A stretch of DNA of 64,000 nt from Candidatus Margulisiibacteriota bacterium (GCA_050250935.1 JBFWNS010000001.1:130102-194101); one strand, 5' to 3'; numbered from the stretch's first letter, positions 49,241 through 59,260 are shown. Notes: generated by a model from the sequence alone, not told the origin. Numbers and translations: made by a program.

Positions 49241-50421
49241 TAGGCGTCCTGGGAAAGTTCTGGCGAGGTTGGCTTTAGCAAGAGCACAAAACCCACCGTA
49301 GCCAGCACCAAAACCAATCCAAAGGCAAAATAACTGAGGCGGGTATAGAGCAAGACAAATCCAAAGGCCCCCAGAGGGCCAATAATGCGACTCAGGCTAC
49401 CCAATCCTTCGTAAAGACCCATGAGTGCGCCCCGGCTATCAGCGTGGGCAAATCCAGACAATAACGAGGGCATATAGGCATTGACCAACCCGACGCCCAG
49501 GGCCAGGGCCGCCAAGGAAACCAACAACATCCCCAACCCATGGGCCATGGACAATCCAAAAACGCTTAGGGCCGTAATGCTTAAGCCTACCCCCACCATG
49601 CGCTTCAGGTTGCGGGTTGCGCGTCGGGTGATACCCCCTTGAACCACCAACATCATCAGCCCCACAAACACAAACAGCCAGCTGTTTTGCTGGGTGGTAT
49701 AGCCAAAAACCCGGTGGGTAAAGGCCGAAAACGAGGTCTCGAAACCGGAAAACAAAATCATATACACCATTTGGGTTAGGCAAATAATGCGAACCGGGCG
49801 GCTGGTTAACCGGGTAGGCAAGGCTTTAAGACTTTCCAAAGCCGATTCTGATTTTTTTCGAGACTCCGGCTCTTTTAAAAACAGGACCGTTATGAGGGTC
49901 GCCACCGCCGAAAATCCACCCGCCACCCAGGCCGGCAAGGCATGACCGTTGCTGATTCCAAACAAAATGCCACCCAGGGCTGGCCCTAAAATAAAGCCCG
50001 TTCCAAAGGCAATCCCAATCACAGCCATGCCTTTGGGGCGGTCTTCGGGGCTGGTGATATCCCCCACATAGGCCCTGGCAACCGAAATATTGCCGCCAGT
50101 GAAGCCGTCTAGAAGCCTGGAAATCAAAAACAAGGCATAGGTGTGGGCATTGGCCAAGAGCACATAGGCCAAAACCGATCCCACTTTGCTGATAACCAAC
50201 AAAGGTTTTCGGCCAAATTTATCAGAAAGCGCCCCCAAAACCGGGGCTGCCACAAACTGGGCCAGGGAATACGAGGCCAATAAAAACCCGATCAAGAAGG
50301 GGCTCACCTGAAACTGGCTGGCGATTTGCGGCAAAATGGGGATGAGCAGACCAAACCCAATCAGTTCGGTGGCCACCACCAAAAACAAGATGAACAAACT
50401 TTTTTTATGGGGTGAATTCAT
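49240..50421 (-). CDS. MFS transporter (DHA1/tetracycline-efflux-like)
   Basis: 12 predicted TM helices; MFS motif GALSDKFGRKP between TM2 and TM3. Confidence 0.8.
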   Translation of the reverse strand: MNSPHKKSLFILFLVVATELIGFGLLIPILPQIASQFQVSPFLIGFLLASYSLAQFVAAPVLGALSDKFGRKPLLVISKVGSVLAYVLLANAHTYALFLISRLLDGFTGGNISVARAYVGDITSPEDRPKGMAVIGIAFGTGFILGPALGGILFGISNGHALPAWVAGGFSAVATLITVLFLKEPESRKKSESALESLKALPTRLTSRPVRIICLTQMVYMILFSGFETSFSAFTHRVFGYTTQQNSWLFVFVGLMMLVVQGGITRRATRNLKRMVGVGLSITALSVFGLSMAHGLGMLLVSLAALALGVGLVNAYMPSLLSGFAHADSRGALMGLYEGLGSLSRIIGPLGAFGFVLLYTRLSYFAFGLVLVLATVGFVLLLKPTSPELSQDA

Positions 50422-50923
50422 AGTGATCTTTCAAAAATTGGAATAGTTGCTGGGCCCAGGCATCGGGATCGAAATCCCCTTCCAGACGAAACACATGGTC
50501 CGCATATTTTTCGTACAGCGGCTGTCGTTCGGCAAAAACGGCTTCGAATCCTTTTTCTTTAAGTCCTACAATGCCGCGCTTGGCTGCATCGGTAACCCGG
50601 CGTTGAATGTTCTCGAAACTGTCTTGCAAATAGACAATAATGGATTGTTTTTTAAGGTGGCGCATGGCCTTTTGGGAATAGACCACACTACCCCCTGGGG
50701 CCAAGACCATTCTGGCCAAATGGGTCAGATTCAAGATGGTCTCTTCTTCGATGCGCATCATGGCATCGGTGCCGGATCGGTCGATGATGTCGATTAAATC
50801 TTGGTGGGTCCGCTGACGAATCAGCTGATCGGGGTCGATAAACCCATAGTCCATCAGCTTTGCCAGCCGCTTGCCCAATTCTGTTTTGCCCACGCCGGGC
50901 ATGCCAATGAGTGTGATTACCAT
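50405..50923 (-). CDS. aroK: Shikimate kinase-like P-loop kinase
   Basis: Walker A GMPGVGKT, D-x-D after it, overall size and pattern consistent with shikimate kinase; assignment moderate. Confidence 0.55.
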   Translation of the reverse strand: MVITLIGMPGVGKTELGKRLAKLMDYGFIDPDQLIRQRTHQDLIDIIDRSGTDAMMRIEEETILNLTHLARMVLAPGGSVVYSQKAMRHLKKQSIIVYLQDSFENIQRRVTDAAKRGIVGLKEKGFEAVFAERQPLYEKYADHVFRLEGDFDPDAWAQQLFQFLKDHYEFTP

Positions 50924-50981
50924 ATTGTTTTTCAGATGATATAATAAAGTCTTTTGTAAATCCCTTCTAGGAGTATTCAGA

Positions 50982-51365
50982 ATGATGGAAACCGTTTTAA
51001 CCCAAAAATCCCCTGTTCCCCTTGGCCACTACAGCCAAGCGGTGATCCACAACGGCCTGGTATATGTTGCCGGCCAATTGCCCATTGATCCCCAACACGA
51101 AAACCAACCCCTTCAATCGTTGGAAGACCAAACCCGCCAAGTCCTTCAAAACCTCGACGAGATTTTATTGGCCTCTGGCAGCGACCGAAACCACGTTCTT
51201 AAAGTCACCATTTACCTGACCGACTTGGCCCACTGGGCAACCGTGAACGATATTTACGGTCGGTTTTTTGGCAAACACAAACCCGCCCGATCTGCCGTCC
51301 CCGTTAAAACCCTTCCCAAGGGCTATTTTTTAGAAATCGACGTCATCGCCGCTCAGGTGAAATAA
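50982..51365 (+). CDS. ridA: RidA/YjgF family protein
   Basis: 127 aa; PLGHYSQAV...VYVAGQLP...IYLTDL...ARSAV...LPKG...EIDVIA pattern. Confidence 0.8.
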   Translation: MMETVLTQKSPVPLGHYSQAVIHNGLVYVAGQLPIDPQHENQPLQSLEDQTRQVLQNLDEILLASGSDRNHVLKVTIYLTDLAHWATVNDIYGRFFGKHKPARSAVPVKTLPKGYFLEIDVIAAQVK

Positions 51366-51366
51366 A

Positions 51367-51735
51367 ATGAAACCAGAACGCGTAGCGGTGATTGGCGCCT
51401 CTGACAAACCCGACCGCTATTCCTACATGGCCATCGAGCGCCTCCGCAACCATGGCCATGTGGCGTTGCCCGTACACCCCAAGTTAAAAACCGTTCAAGG
51501 CCTGGCCGTATATCCCAGCCTTGCCCAAGTCCCCCACCCCATCGATACCATCACCCTGTACGTTAACGCCGAGAAATCCGCCGCGATGGCCGCAGACCTC
51601 ATCGCCGCAAACCCCCGCCGCGTAATCTTTAACCCCGGTACCGAAAGCCCTGCTCTAGAAGCCACTCTCCAAAACGCCGGCATCCAAACGATGGAAGCCT
51701 GCACGCTGGTCCTGCTTTCTACGAAGCAATTTTAA
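51367..51735 (+). CDS. CoA-binding domain protein (YccU-like)
   Basis: 122 aa; VAVIGASDKPDRYSY...VHPK...G...YPSL pattern of CoA_binding_2 proteins. Confidence 0.65.
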   Translation: MKPERVAVIGASDKPDRYSYMAIERLRNHGHVALPVHPKLKTVQGLAVYPSLAQVPHPIDTITLYVNAEKSAAMAADLIAANPRRVIFNPGTESPALEATLQNAGIQTMEACTLVLLSTKQF

Positions 51736-52321
51736 TCACAAACGCACAGCGTTTGTGATGGATTGTATACACAAACGACAAGCGTTTGTGGGTCGCAGCG
51801 TTGAAGTAAATTCAACGCCGCTCCCGCTGCGCGGCCTCCGTTCCAGCCTTTTCCAGAGAAACGGATACTCCGTTACAGGGATAATGGGGCTAAAAAAATG
51901 GATTATAAGCTCGATTGCCAGCGAAGCGAAGCAGTTTCAGATTGTATTCACAAACGCACAGCGTTTGTGGGTCGGAACATTGAAGCAAGTTCAATCTTCC
52001 TCCCGCTGCGCGGCTTCTGTTCCAGCTTTTTCCAGCGAAACTGTTCCTCCGTTCCAGAGATAAGGGGGCTAAAAAAATGGATTATAAACCGATTGCCAGC
52101 GAAGCGAAGCAATCCCAAACCGCGCTAAGCGTTAAGTGTTGGTCTTACCCCCTCCAATCGGGAGGGGGCAGGGGGTGGGGAACCTTATTAGCGAAATGTC
52201 CGAAACCCCATCCAGCCGAAGGCTGCGTGGGTGAGTTTTGAGCGTAAAAGCACAGGTGGGGGGTCCTAGGGGGGCACCTCGCGCAGCGTGGTTCCCCCCT
52301 AGGCGTTAAGCGACGCTTACC
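51736..52321. repeat. Convergent-intergenic repeat cluster: two ~179-bp tandem units with CACAAACG-N5-CGTTTGTG palindromes, followed by GC-rich hairpins
   Basis: Units at ~51761-51939 and ~51940-52118; each has a palindrome, a TTGAA-N5-TTCAA hairpin whose loop varies between copies, and GGGGCTAAAAAAATGGATTATAA; then hairpins ccccctcc/ggagggggg (52147-52170) and cctagggggg...cccccctagg (52264-52303). Confidence 0.8.
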
Positions 52322-53380
52322 CTACCACTCCAAAGTCCCAGTCTGATACTCCTTCACCCGTCCTTCAAAGAAGTTCACTTCAATCATATTCCCTTGGGTC
52401 AATTCATCGATCCAAGGATACGGATTCGTCGCATTCCAAACCTTAGGCAAGCCAATGGCCGCCAAGCGTTGGTCCCCAATAAATTGGAGATACTCTTTCA
52501 TGTTATCGCCAGTAATCCCCAAAATGCCATCACCAATGCAAGACAATCCCCATTCATATTCCATTTGAACGGCATCTTTAACGTTTTGGATAATGAGATC
52601 TTGGAGCTCTTGGGTCCACAACTCGGGCTGCTCTTCTCGAATGCCGTTAATGATGTTCACAAACAAAGCCACGTGCAAATCTTCGTCGCGGTTGATGAAC
52701 TGGATCATCTCTTTGCTGCCGGGCATTTTGTTATTTCGGCCAAAATTGTAGAAAATTAAGAAGGCGCTAAAGAAAAACACCCCTTCCAAAATCAGGTTGG
52801 TGGTGCAGGCTTCTAGGAACAACTTGTCGTTATCCAAAGTGCCCGTTTTGAAGCCAGGAAAGGCAATTTTAGAGACTGATCTTAAAACCGTTTTGTTTTT
52901 GTAGAACAACCCTTTGTCTTTACGGTACAGCCCGTACACTTCTTCAGCATCAAAGCCCAAGGCTTCGATCATACAAGAATAGGAATCAACGTGAAGCGCC
53001 TCTTCGTAGATTTGCCTGGCCAAAGCCAAACAAACCTCTGGGCTGGTGATTTGGGGTTTGATCAATTCAGACAAGGTCTTGGTGAGCAATCCATCCAAAT
53101 TGGAGGCAAAGGCCAAGGCGCGCATGAAAGCATTCTTTTCGGTTTCGGTGAGCTTGTTGTTGTACCATTGCTCGTAGTCGGTTTGGAAAGGAATTTCTTC
53201 GGCAACCCAGTTGTTCCGTTGCATTTTTTTGAAAATGTCCCGGGCCCAAGGGTGTTTGAGGGGGCTGGCTTGCATCAATCCATCGTCAAACCCGTTGATG
53301 ATGCGGCGTTTGTTGATGATGTCGGCGTTGCTCATGGGGGAGTCTGTAAATTCGCCTTGAAAAAGTTCACTAATAGACAT
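52322..53380 (-). CDS. nrdB: Ribonucleoside-diphosphate reductase beta subunit (class I)
   Basis: 352 aa; diiron ligand pattern (E...EALH...E...EGVFFF...EDLH). Confidence 0.9.
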   Translation of the reverse strand: MSISELFQGEFTDSPMSNADIINKRRIINGFDDGLMQASPLKHPWARDIFKKMQRNNWVAEEIPFQTDYEQWYNNKLTETEKNAFMRALAFASNLDGLLTKTLSELIKPQITSPEVCLALARQIYEEALHVDSYSCMIEALGFDAEEVYGLYRKDKGLFYKNKTVLRSVSKIAFPGFKTGTLDNDKLFLEACTTNLILEGVFFFSAFLIFYNFGRNNKMPGSKEMIQFINRDEDLHVALFVNIINGIREEQPELWTQELQDLIIQNVKDAVQMEYEWGLSCIGDGILGITGDNMKEYLQFIGDQRLAAIGLPKVWNATNPYPWIDELTQGNMIEVNFFEGRVKEYQTGTLEW

Positions 53381-53398
53381 GGTTTACCTCGCTTTTTT

Positions 53399-56134
53399 TT
53401 ATTGACAGGCTTCGCAATCGGGATCGTTGATCAAACAGGCTTTGGGCATTTCGGCAGGAACCGGTTGTTCTACCGCAGGCTTTTCGGCGACCACGGCATC
53501 TGTCACCGACATTTTGGTGATCTGAGACGCCCCCAAGGTTCGGAGGTAGTAGGTGGTTTTAAGACCTTGTTCCCAAGCGGCCATGTAAATGTCGCTGAGG
53601 GCTTTCCCGCTGGTGGTGTTGCTGAATACGTTGGTAGAGGCCGCTTGATCGATCCATTTGGACCGTCTTGCGGCTGCCCCAATAATCCATTTCCCATCGA
53701 TTTCGAAGGTTTCTTTGTACTTGGCTTTGATGGCCACGGGAATCTCTTCAATGTCTTGAATAGACCCATTGTAGAGCTTGATTTTGGCCACCATGTCGGG
53801 ATTCCACAATCCCAGTTTTTCCAATTCGTCGATCAGATAGCGGTTGATCACGATGAAGTTTCCAGACAAATTTTCTTTCATGTAGATGTTTTTATAAACC
53901 GGTTCTGTGCAGGGATAAACACCGGAAATATTGGCAATGGTGGCGGTGGGGGCGATGGCCATGGTGTTGGAGTTTCTCATGCCGTGTTGGGCAACCTGAG
54001 CTTTCAAAGCAGCCCAATCCAAGCGTTGAGCTTTATTCACTTGGATGGCTTGTCCCCGTTGCTCTTCCAAAACCATTAAGGTGTCGAGCGGGAAAAGCCC
54101 ACGGGACCATTTGCTGCCGTCATAGGAAGGATAAGTGCCCCGTTCTTGGGCCAACAAGGCACTGGCCTTAATGGCATAATAAGAAATCATTTCCATGGAT
54201 TGATCGGCAAACTCAAGGTTGGCTTCAGAATCAAAGGCAATGCCCACTTGGAACAAGGCATCTTGATAGCCCATCAAACCCAACCCGACCGCACGGTGAC
54301 GGAAGTTGGCTTTTTCGGCTTCTGGAATGGGGTAAAAATTGTTATCGATGACGTTGTCGAGCATGCGAATGCCCACTTCCACAGTCTTGGCGATTTTGGC
54401 TTCATCCAGGGCCCCATCTTTGATCATTCTGGCCAAGTTTAGGCTAGCCAAGTTACAAACCGCTGTTTCGTCTTTCGAGGTGTTCAAGGTGATTTCGGTA
54501 CACAGGTTGGACGAGTGAATCACCCCACAATGGTCTTGGGGATTACGAACGTTGGCCGCGTCTTTGAAGGTCATCCAGGGATGGCCTGTTTCGTAGAGCA
54601 TGGTCAACATTTTTCGCCACAGATCCAAGGCTTTCACTTTTTTGGCTCGGGGCAAATTTGCAGCTTCGTATTCCACATATTTGGCTTCGAAGGCCTTGCC
54701 GTACAGATCGTGCAATTCGGGAACATCGGCTGGGCAGAAGAAGGTCCAGTCTTGATCTTGTTGAACACGTTTCATGAACAAATCTGGAATCCAGCTGGCC
54801 GTATTAACATCGTGGGCGCGGCGGCGTTCGTCGCCGGTATTCTTTTTCAGTTCTAAAAATTGTTCGTAATCCAAGTGCCACATTTCCATGTAGGCGCACA
54901 TGGCCCCTTTGCGTTTACCCCCTTGGTTCACGGCCAGGGCGACATCGTTGAAAATTTTGATAAACGGAATGACCCCTTGGGACATGCCGTTGGTGCCTTT
55001 GATTTTAGACCCTGTTGCCCGAACATAGGTAAAGTCGGATCCAATCCCTCCGGCCCATTTGCTGAGGTTGGCGTTGTCGGCATAGAGTTTAAAGATGCTG
55101 TTGAGCGAATCGCCGGCCAAATTGAGGTAGCAAGAGCTCATTTGGCTGTGGGTGGTACCGCTGTTGAATAAGGTTGGGGTTGAAGAAACCAAGTCCATTT
55201 GAGACAACACGTTGTAGAACTCGATGGCGCGGGCTTCTTTATCGGCTTCTTTAAGCGCCAAGCCCATGGCCACACGCATCCAGAACCATTGAGGCAATTC
55301 GTAGATATTTTTTTCCAGGGATCGATCGCGAAGGAAATAACGGTCGATTAAAATCTGAACCCCCAAATAATAAAACAACTTGTCTCGTTCTGGGTTCAAG
55401 GCTGCCGCCAATTTTTCCAAATCGAAGCCAGCTAGCTCGGGATTCAGCATTTCGTAAGAAATCCCTTTGGCCACATAATCCGCAAATTTTTCTTTATACA
55501 ACTCGGCCAAGCGCGGACTATTCATGGGCTCGCCCAAAATTTTGCCGTACAACTCGTTGCTGATGGCGATGCGGGAGGCCAGGTGGGCATAATCGTAGTG
55601 CAATTCGATGCGTTCTCTGGCGGCGGTTAGTACCAAGAGGTCGATTTCGTGCTTAGGGATGTTGTCGTAGACCTGCTTGGTGACCGCTTCGACCATTTCG
55701 GTGATGGACACGCGCATGAGGTCTGGGGCCAATTGGCGCAGCTGCTCTTCGATGGATTTGGAATCGAAGATAACGGTTTCGGTTTCGCTGACTTTGACCT
55801 GAAGTTGCTTCTCGCGGATTTTGTCCAACACCTTTTGTTGGCGAACCTGTTTGTGCATCTCCCGATACACAATGTAGTTGCGGGCAATTTTGTGGTAGCC
55901 CGCTTTCATGAGCATTTCTTCAACCACGTCTTGAACCGATTCCACGATGGTGGTGTCGTTGTTCCCAGACCTGGCGATCATCGCATAGACCACTTCTTCG
56001 GTTAGTTTGGCCACAGCCGCTGTATCCACTTTGTTTTCGGACAAAAAGGCCTTCTCGATGGCACTGAAAATTCGAGCTTTATCGAAAGGAACTTTTTGAC
56101 CGTTGCGTTTGATGATGTAGTGGATTAGGGCCAT
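53399..56134 (-). CDS. nrdA: Ribonucleoside-diphosphate reductase alpha subunit (class I, with ATP-cone)
   Basis: 911 aa; N-terminal ATP-cone (IIKRNGQKVPFDKARI), active-site region, C-terminal Cys pair (CEAC). Confidence 0.9.
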   Translation of the reverse strand: MALIHYIIKRNGQKVPFDKARIFSAIEKAFLSENKVDTAAVAKLTEEVVYAMIARSGNNDTTIVESVQDVVEEMLMKAGYHKIARNYIVYREMHKQVRQQKVLDKIREKQLQVKVSETETVIFDSKSIEEQLRQLAPDLMRVSITEMVEAVTKQVYDNIPKHEIDLLVLTAARERIELHYDYAHLASRIAISNELYGKILGEPMNSPRLAELYKEKFADYVAKGISYEMLNPELAGFDLEKLAAALNPERDKLFYYLGVQILIDRYFLRDRSLEKNIYELPQWFWMRVAMGLALKEADKEARAIEFYNVLSQMDLVSSTPTLFNSGTTHSQMSSCYLNLAGDSLNSIFKLYADNANLSKWAGGIGSDFTYVRATGSKIKGTNGMSQGVIPFIKIFNDVALAVNQGGKRKGAMCAYMEMWHLDYEQFLELKKNTGDERRRAHDVNTASWIPDLFMKRVQQDQDWTFFCPADVPELHDLYGKAFEAKYVEYEAANLPRAKKVKALDLWRKMLTMLYETGHPWMTFKDAANVRNPQDHCGVIHSSNLCTEITLNTSKDETAVCNLASLNLARMIKDGALDEAKIAKTVEVGIRMLDNVIDNNFYPIPEAEKANFRHRAVGLGLMGYQDALFQVGIAFDSEANLEFADQSMEMISYYAIKASALLAQERGTYPSYDGSKWSRGLFPLDTLMVLEEQRGQAIQVNKAQRLDWAALKAQVAQHGMRNSNTMAIAPTATIANISGVYPCTEPVYKNIYMKENLSGNFIVINRYLIDELEKLGLWNPDMVAKIKLYNGSIQDIEEIPVAIKAKYKETFEIDGKWIIGAAARRSKWIDQAASTNVFSNTTSGKALSDIYMAAWEQGLKTTYYLRTLGASQITKMSVTDAVVAEKPAVEQPVPAEMPKACLINDPDCEACQ

Positions 56135-56340
56135 AACTAACTCTCCTTAAAAAATAAAAAATGGATACGAGAAAATGGATACAAGAAAACCCAAAATGGG
56201 CTCTGCCATCTGTACTAAAAAACAATAAAATCAACTTGTAAGTTTGCGAGTTTTCCCTAAGTAGTAGGGGTGACTAACTCAACCTGAAAATTAGGTTTTT
56301 TTGAAGAAGATTTGGGTACCCTGAAAATGGGGTGAAATGC

Positions 56341-56372
56341 ATTATACACCCACGCTTCTTCGGTCCGTCAAC
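56341..56372 (-). promoter_or_regulatory. Candidate sigma-70-type promoter for nrdA (extended -10 TGTATAAT with TTGACG -35)
   Basis: On the nrdA sense strand: TTGACG, about 19 nt spacer, TGTATAAT; about 200 nt upstream of the nrdA start. Spacer is longer than optimal, so speculative. Confidence 0.3.
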
Positions 56373-56508
56373 AGAAGATTTCATGGATTGTTTATGGTCT
56401 ATTTTTGAGACTTGATCTCAATAAAAATCAGGATTCTTGCTTGATCAAAACCCTCGACTTGGGTTAGGGTTAAACCCGAACGTTATCCCCCGCAAAAAAG
56501 GACATTTT

Positions 56509-57003
56509 ATGGCTGACCCCTCGTTTGATATCGCCTCTAAAATTGACTGGCAAGAAATCGTCAACGCCGTTAACCAAACCGAGCGAGACATCGCCAATCG
56601 CTACGACCTTAAAGACAGCGGCGCCACCATCGAGCAAAAGCAAGCGGACTCTAAAATTTTTATTGAAGCCCCAGACGACTATAAAGTAAACGCCATCTAT
56701 GAACTCTTTGTTCAAAAGCTCATCAAGCGTGGGATTTCAGCCAAAGCCGTTAAAGCCGGCGAAATCAAATCCGCCTTGGGTGGCCGAGCTAAAATGGAAA
56801 TAACGGTTCAACAAGGCATTTCCAAAGAAAAAGCCAAAGAAATCACAAAAGACGTCAAGGACAGCGGCTTGAAAGTTCAAACCCAAATTCAGGACGATCA
56901 GATTCGGGTATCTGGCAAAAAGATCGACGATCTACAGGCCGTTATGAAGGTCTTAAAAGCCAAAGACTACGACATTCATATTGATTTTATTAATTATAGA
57001 TAG
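56509..57003 (+). CDS. yajQ: YajQ-family nucleotide-binding protein
   Basis: Start set at MADPSFDIASKIDWQEIVNAV (ATG 56509, AAGGA upstream), the typical YajQ N-terminus. Confidence 0.8.
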   Translation: MADPSFDIASKIDWQEIVNAVNQTERDIANRYDLKDSGATIEQKQADSKIFIEAPDDYKVNAIYELFVQKLIKRGISAKAVKAGEIKSALGGRAKMEITVQQGISKEKAKEITKDVKDSGLKVQTQIQDDQIRVSGKKIDDLQAVMKVLKAKDYDIHIDFINYR

Positions 57004-57310
57004 GGGCATCTATAGATGGGGGCTTGCGTCGCCCCCTCAACCGAAGCAAGTTCGGTTGAGCCTCCCCCTCACGCTGGCGCTGGGCCTTCGGCCTGGCTTG
57101 TCTTTTTTGTACAGGGTCCTTTAGGCCCCTGCGGGGAGGAAAGTCGAACTTGCTCCAAGTGCGGGCGAGGAGGTTGAATTTAGTTCAACCTCCTCCCCAC
57201 AAAACCTGTGGTTTTGTGATTATAATAAGCCCGTTTTTTAGTACAGGGCCTTTTAGGCCCCTGCAGGCGAACAGCTTTGGATTTACTCCAAAGCTGCGAC
57301 ACACAAACGC
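57004..57310. repeat. Convergent-intergenic repeat cluster sharing a ~135-bp element with 32591-32725 and palindrome modules with 51736-52118
   Basis: 57019-57154 near-identical to 32591-32725; further GTACAGGG...TTTAGGCCCCTGC module and a CACAAACG...GTTTGTG palindrome at ~57299-57325. Confidence 0.8.
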
Positions 57311-58677
57311 TATGTGTTTGTGTTTACAATCGGCGTAAACTCGCCTTCCCATTTGGCAACGACAACGGTTGCCAAGCAGTTCCCTAAAACGTTAACCGCT
57401 GTACGACCCATGTCCATCAAGGCATCGATACCTAAAATCAAGAAAATGGGTTCAACTGGCAGATTGAATTGGGCGGCAGTACCCAAAAGAATCACCAAGG
57501 AAGCTCGGGCAACGCCGGCCACGCCTTTGCTGGTCAACATCAGGGTAAACCCAATCAAAAGCTGATGCATAATCGACAAATGAATCCCGGCCGCCTGTGC
57601 CACAAAAACAGTGGCCAAAGACAAATACAAGGTTGTTCCATCCAAATTGAAGCTATACCCCGTTGGAATTACAAAAGACACGATTTTTCGGGGAACCCCA
57701 ATCGATTCCATCCCTTCCATGGCCTTGGGCAATGCAGACTCTGAACTGGCGGTACCAAAGGCAATCACAACAGGCTCTGCAACCGCTTTTAAAAAGGCTT
57801 TGATCGGAACACGAACGATTAAGGCAATCGGTAAAAGCACACACAACACAAAGACGATAAGCGCCACATAAAGGGTTAACAACAGCTGGAACAAATTCAC
57901 CAAAACGCCAAGACCCATGTTCCCAACCGTATAGGCAATGGCACCCCCTACCCCAATTGGGGCAAAGAGCATCACCACATCGGTGAACTTGAACATAACC
58001 TCGGACAATCCTTCAAAAAACGACACCATGGGGGCTTTGTACTTTTCTTTAACCATGGCCAACCCAATGGCAAAAAAGATGCTGAACACCACAATTTGAA
58101 GAATTTCCCCATTGGCAACAGACTTGGCAATGTTTTCTGGGAAAATGTGCAACACAATGTCATGAAAAGATTGTTTTTGAACTTGAACCACTTCAGCATG
58201 CAGGTTGGCTGGCATGTGAATCCCAACCCCGGCTTTGCTGACGTTAATGGCAAATAACCCAACCACCAAAGCAATGGTGGTGACCAACTCGAAGTAAATG
58301 ATGGATTTTAAACCCATACGTCCAACTTGTTTAAGGTTGGAATGTCCGGCAATCCCAACCACCAAAGTTGCAAACAACAGTGGGGCAATGATTGTTTTGA
58401 TCAAATGCAAGAAAATTTCGCTTAAAATTTTCAGATTAACCGCAACAGCTGGCAAATCGTGGCCAACCAAAATACCAATCACCATGCTGATAAAAATAAA
58501 AACCGTTAAAGACCGTTTTTGAAACCCATAAGCCAAAAGCCCAAGACTGGCCACCAAATGCCCCCCGTACAATAAAGGCTGGGACACCGGTGCAAGATCA
58601 TACAGATGTAAGACCTGTAAAATAGCCGCTACTGTCACCGACAGAATAGCCGCCCAAACGGAAACGGATTTACTCAT
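57310..58677 (-). CDS. Dicarboxylate/amino acid:cation symporter (DAACS family)
   Basis: 455 aa polytopic; re-entrant loop motifs typical of GltP/DctA-type symporters. Confidence 0.8.
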   Translation of the reverse strand: MSKSVSVWAAILSVTVAAILQVLHLYDLAPVSQPLLYGGHLVASLGLLAYGFQKRSLTVFIFISMVIGILVGHDLPAVAVNLKILSEIFLHLIKTIIAPLLFATLVVGIAGHSNLKQVGRMGLKSIIYFELVTTIALVVGLFAINVSKAGVGIHMPANLHAEVVQVQKQSFHDIVLHIFPENIAKSVANGEILQIVVFSIFFAIGLAMVKEKYKAPMVSFFEGLSEVMFKFTDVVMLFAPIGVGGAIAYTVGNMGLGVLVNLFQLLLTLYVALIVFVLCVLLPIALIVRVPIKAFLKAVAEPVVIAFGTASSESALPKAMEGMESIGVPRKIVSFVIPTGYSFNLDGTTLYLSLATVFVAQAAGIHLSIMHQLLIGFTLMLTSKGVAGVARASLVILLGTAAQFNLPVEPIFLILGIDALMDMGRTAVNVLGNCLATVVVAKWEGEFTPIVNTNT

Positions 58678-58771
58678 GCAATACTCCTTTTGAAATCAAA
58701 AATAAGGCTAAAAAAATTGGGATGAAGGCAGTATGATTGCAGAATCGGCAAGATTTAGTCAAGGAAAGTGA

Positions 58772-59260
58772 ATGTCTAACCTAACCATCAGAAGTGTGCT
58801 TGGTCTCGTTTTTTGGGTTCTTTTTTGCCCGATGGCGATGGCCCATGTGTTTTCTGGGCGGGTGGTTCATGTTAGCGATGGGGACACGATTGTGGTTTTG
58901 CAGGACAATCGCCACAGCACAAAAATTCGGCTGGCCGCCATTGATTGTCCAGAAAAATCCCAACCCTTTGGACGCCAAGCCCAACGGTTTACCCAAGCGT
59001 TTTGCGACGGCCAACGCGTGACAGTTACCACCACCAAAAAAGACCGATACGGCCGAACCATTGGCACGGTTCAAGTGGGATCAAAACGGTTGGATATCGC
59101 CCTATTGGAAGCCGGCCTGGCCTGGCATTACCGCTATTTTGACCACGATCCGGCCTTGGATGCTCTTGAACAACAGGCCAGGGCCGAGCGCAAGGGGCTG
59201 TGGTCCGAGGCCAATCCCACCCCACCCTGGGACTATCGCAAAGCGCGTCGGCGGCGGTAA
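58772..59260 (+). CDS. Secreted thermonuclease (SNase-like)
   Basis: Signal peptide; VSDGDTIVV...IRLAAIDCPEK...DRYGRTIG...GLAWHYRYF pattern. Confidence 0.75.
   Translation: MSNLTIRSVLGLVFWVLFCPMAMAHVFSGRVVHVSDGDTIVVLQDNRHSTKIRLAAIDCPEKSQPFGRQAQRFTQAFCDGQRVTVTTTKKDRYGRTIGTVQVGSKRLDIALLEAGLAWHYRYFDHDPALDALEQQARAERKGLWSEANPTPPWDYRKARRRR

Noticed and set aside
51755-52128. ORFs 51755-52063 and 51898-52128
   Set aside because: Both are read-throughs of the tandem 179-bp repeat units in different frames; no RBS logic.
51736-52321. CRISPR array interpretation of the repeat clusters
   Set aside because: Units are long (79-179 bp), contiguous and without unique spacers of regular size; no cas genes in window.
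52991-54079. 362-aa plus-strand ORF
   Set aside because: Antisense across nrdB/nrdA; low-complexity Gly/Phe-rich.
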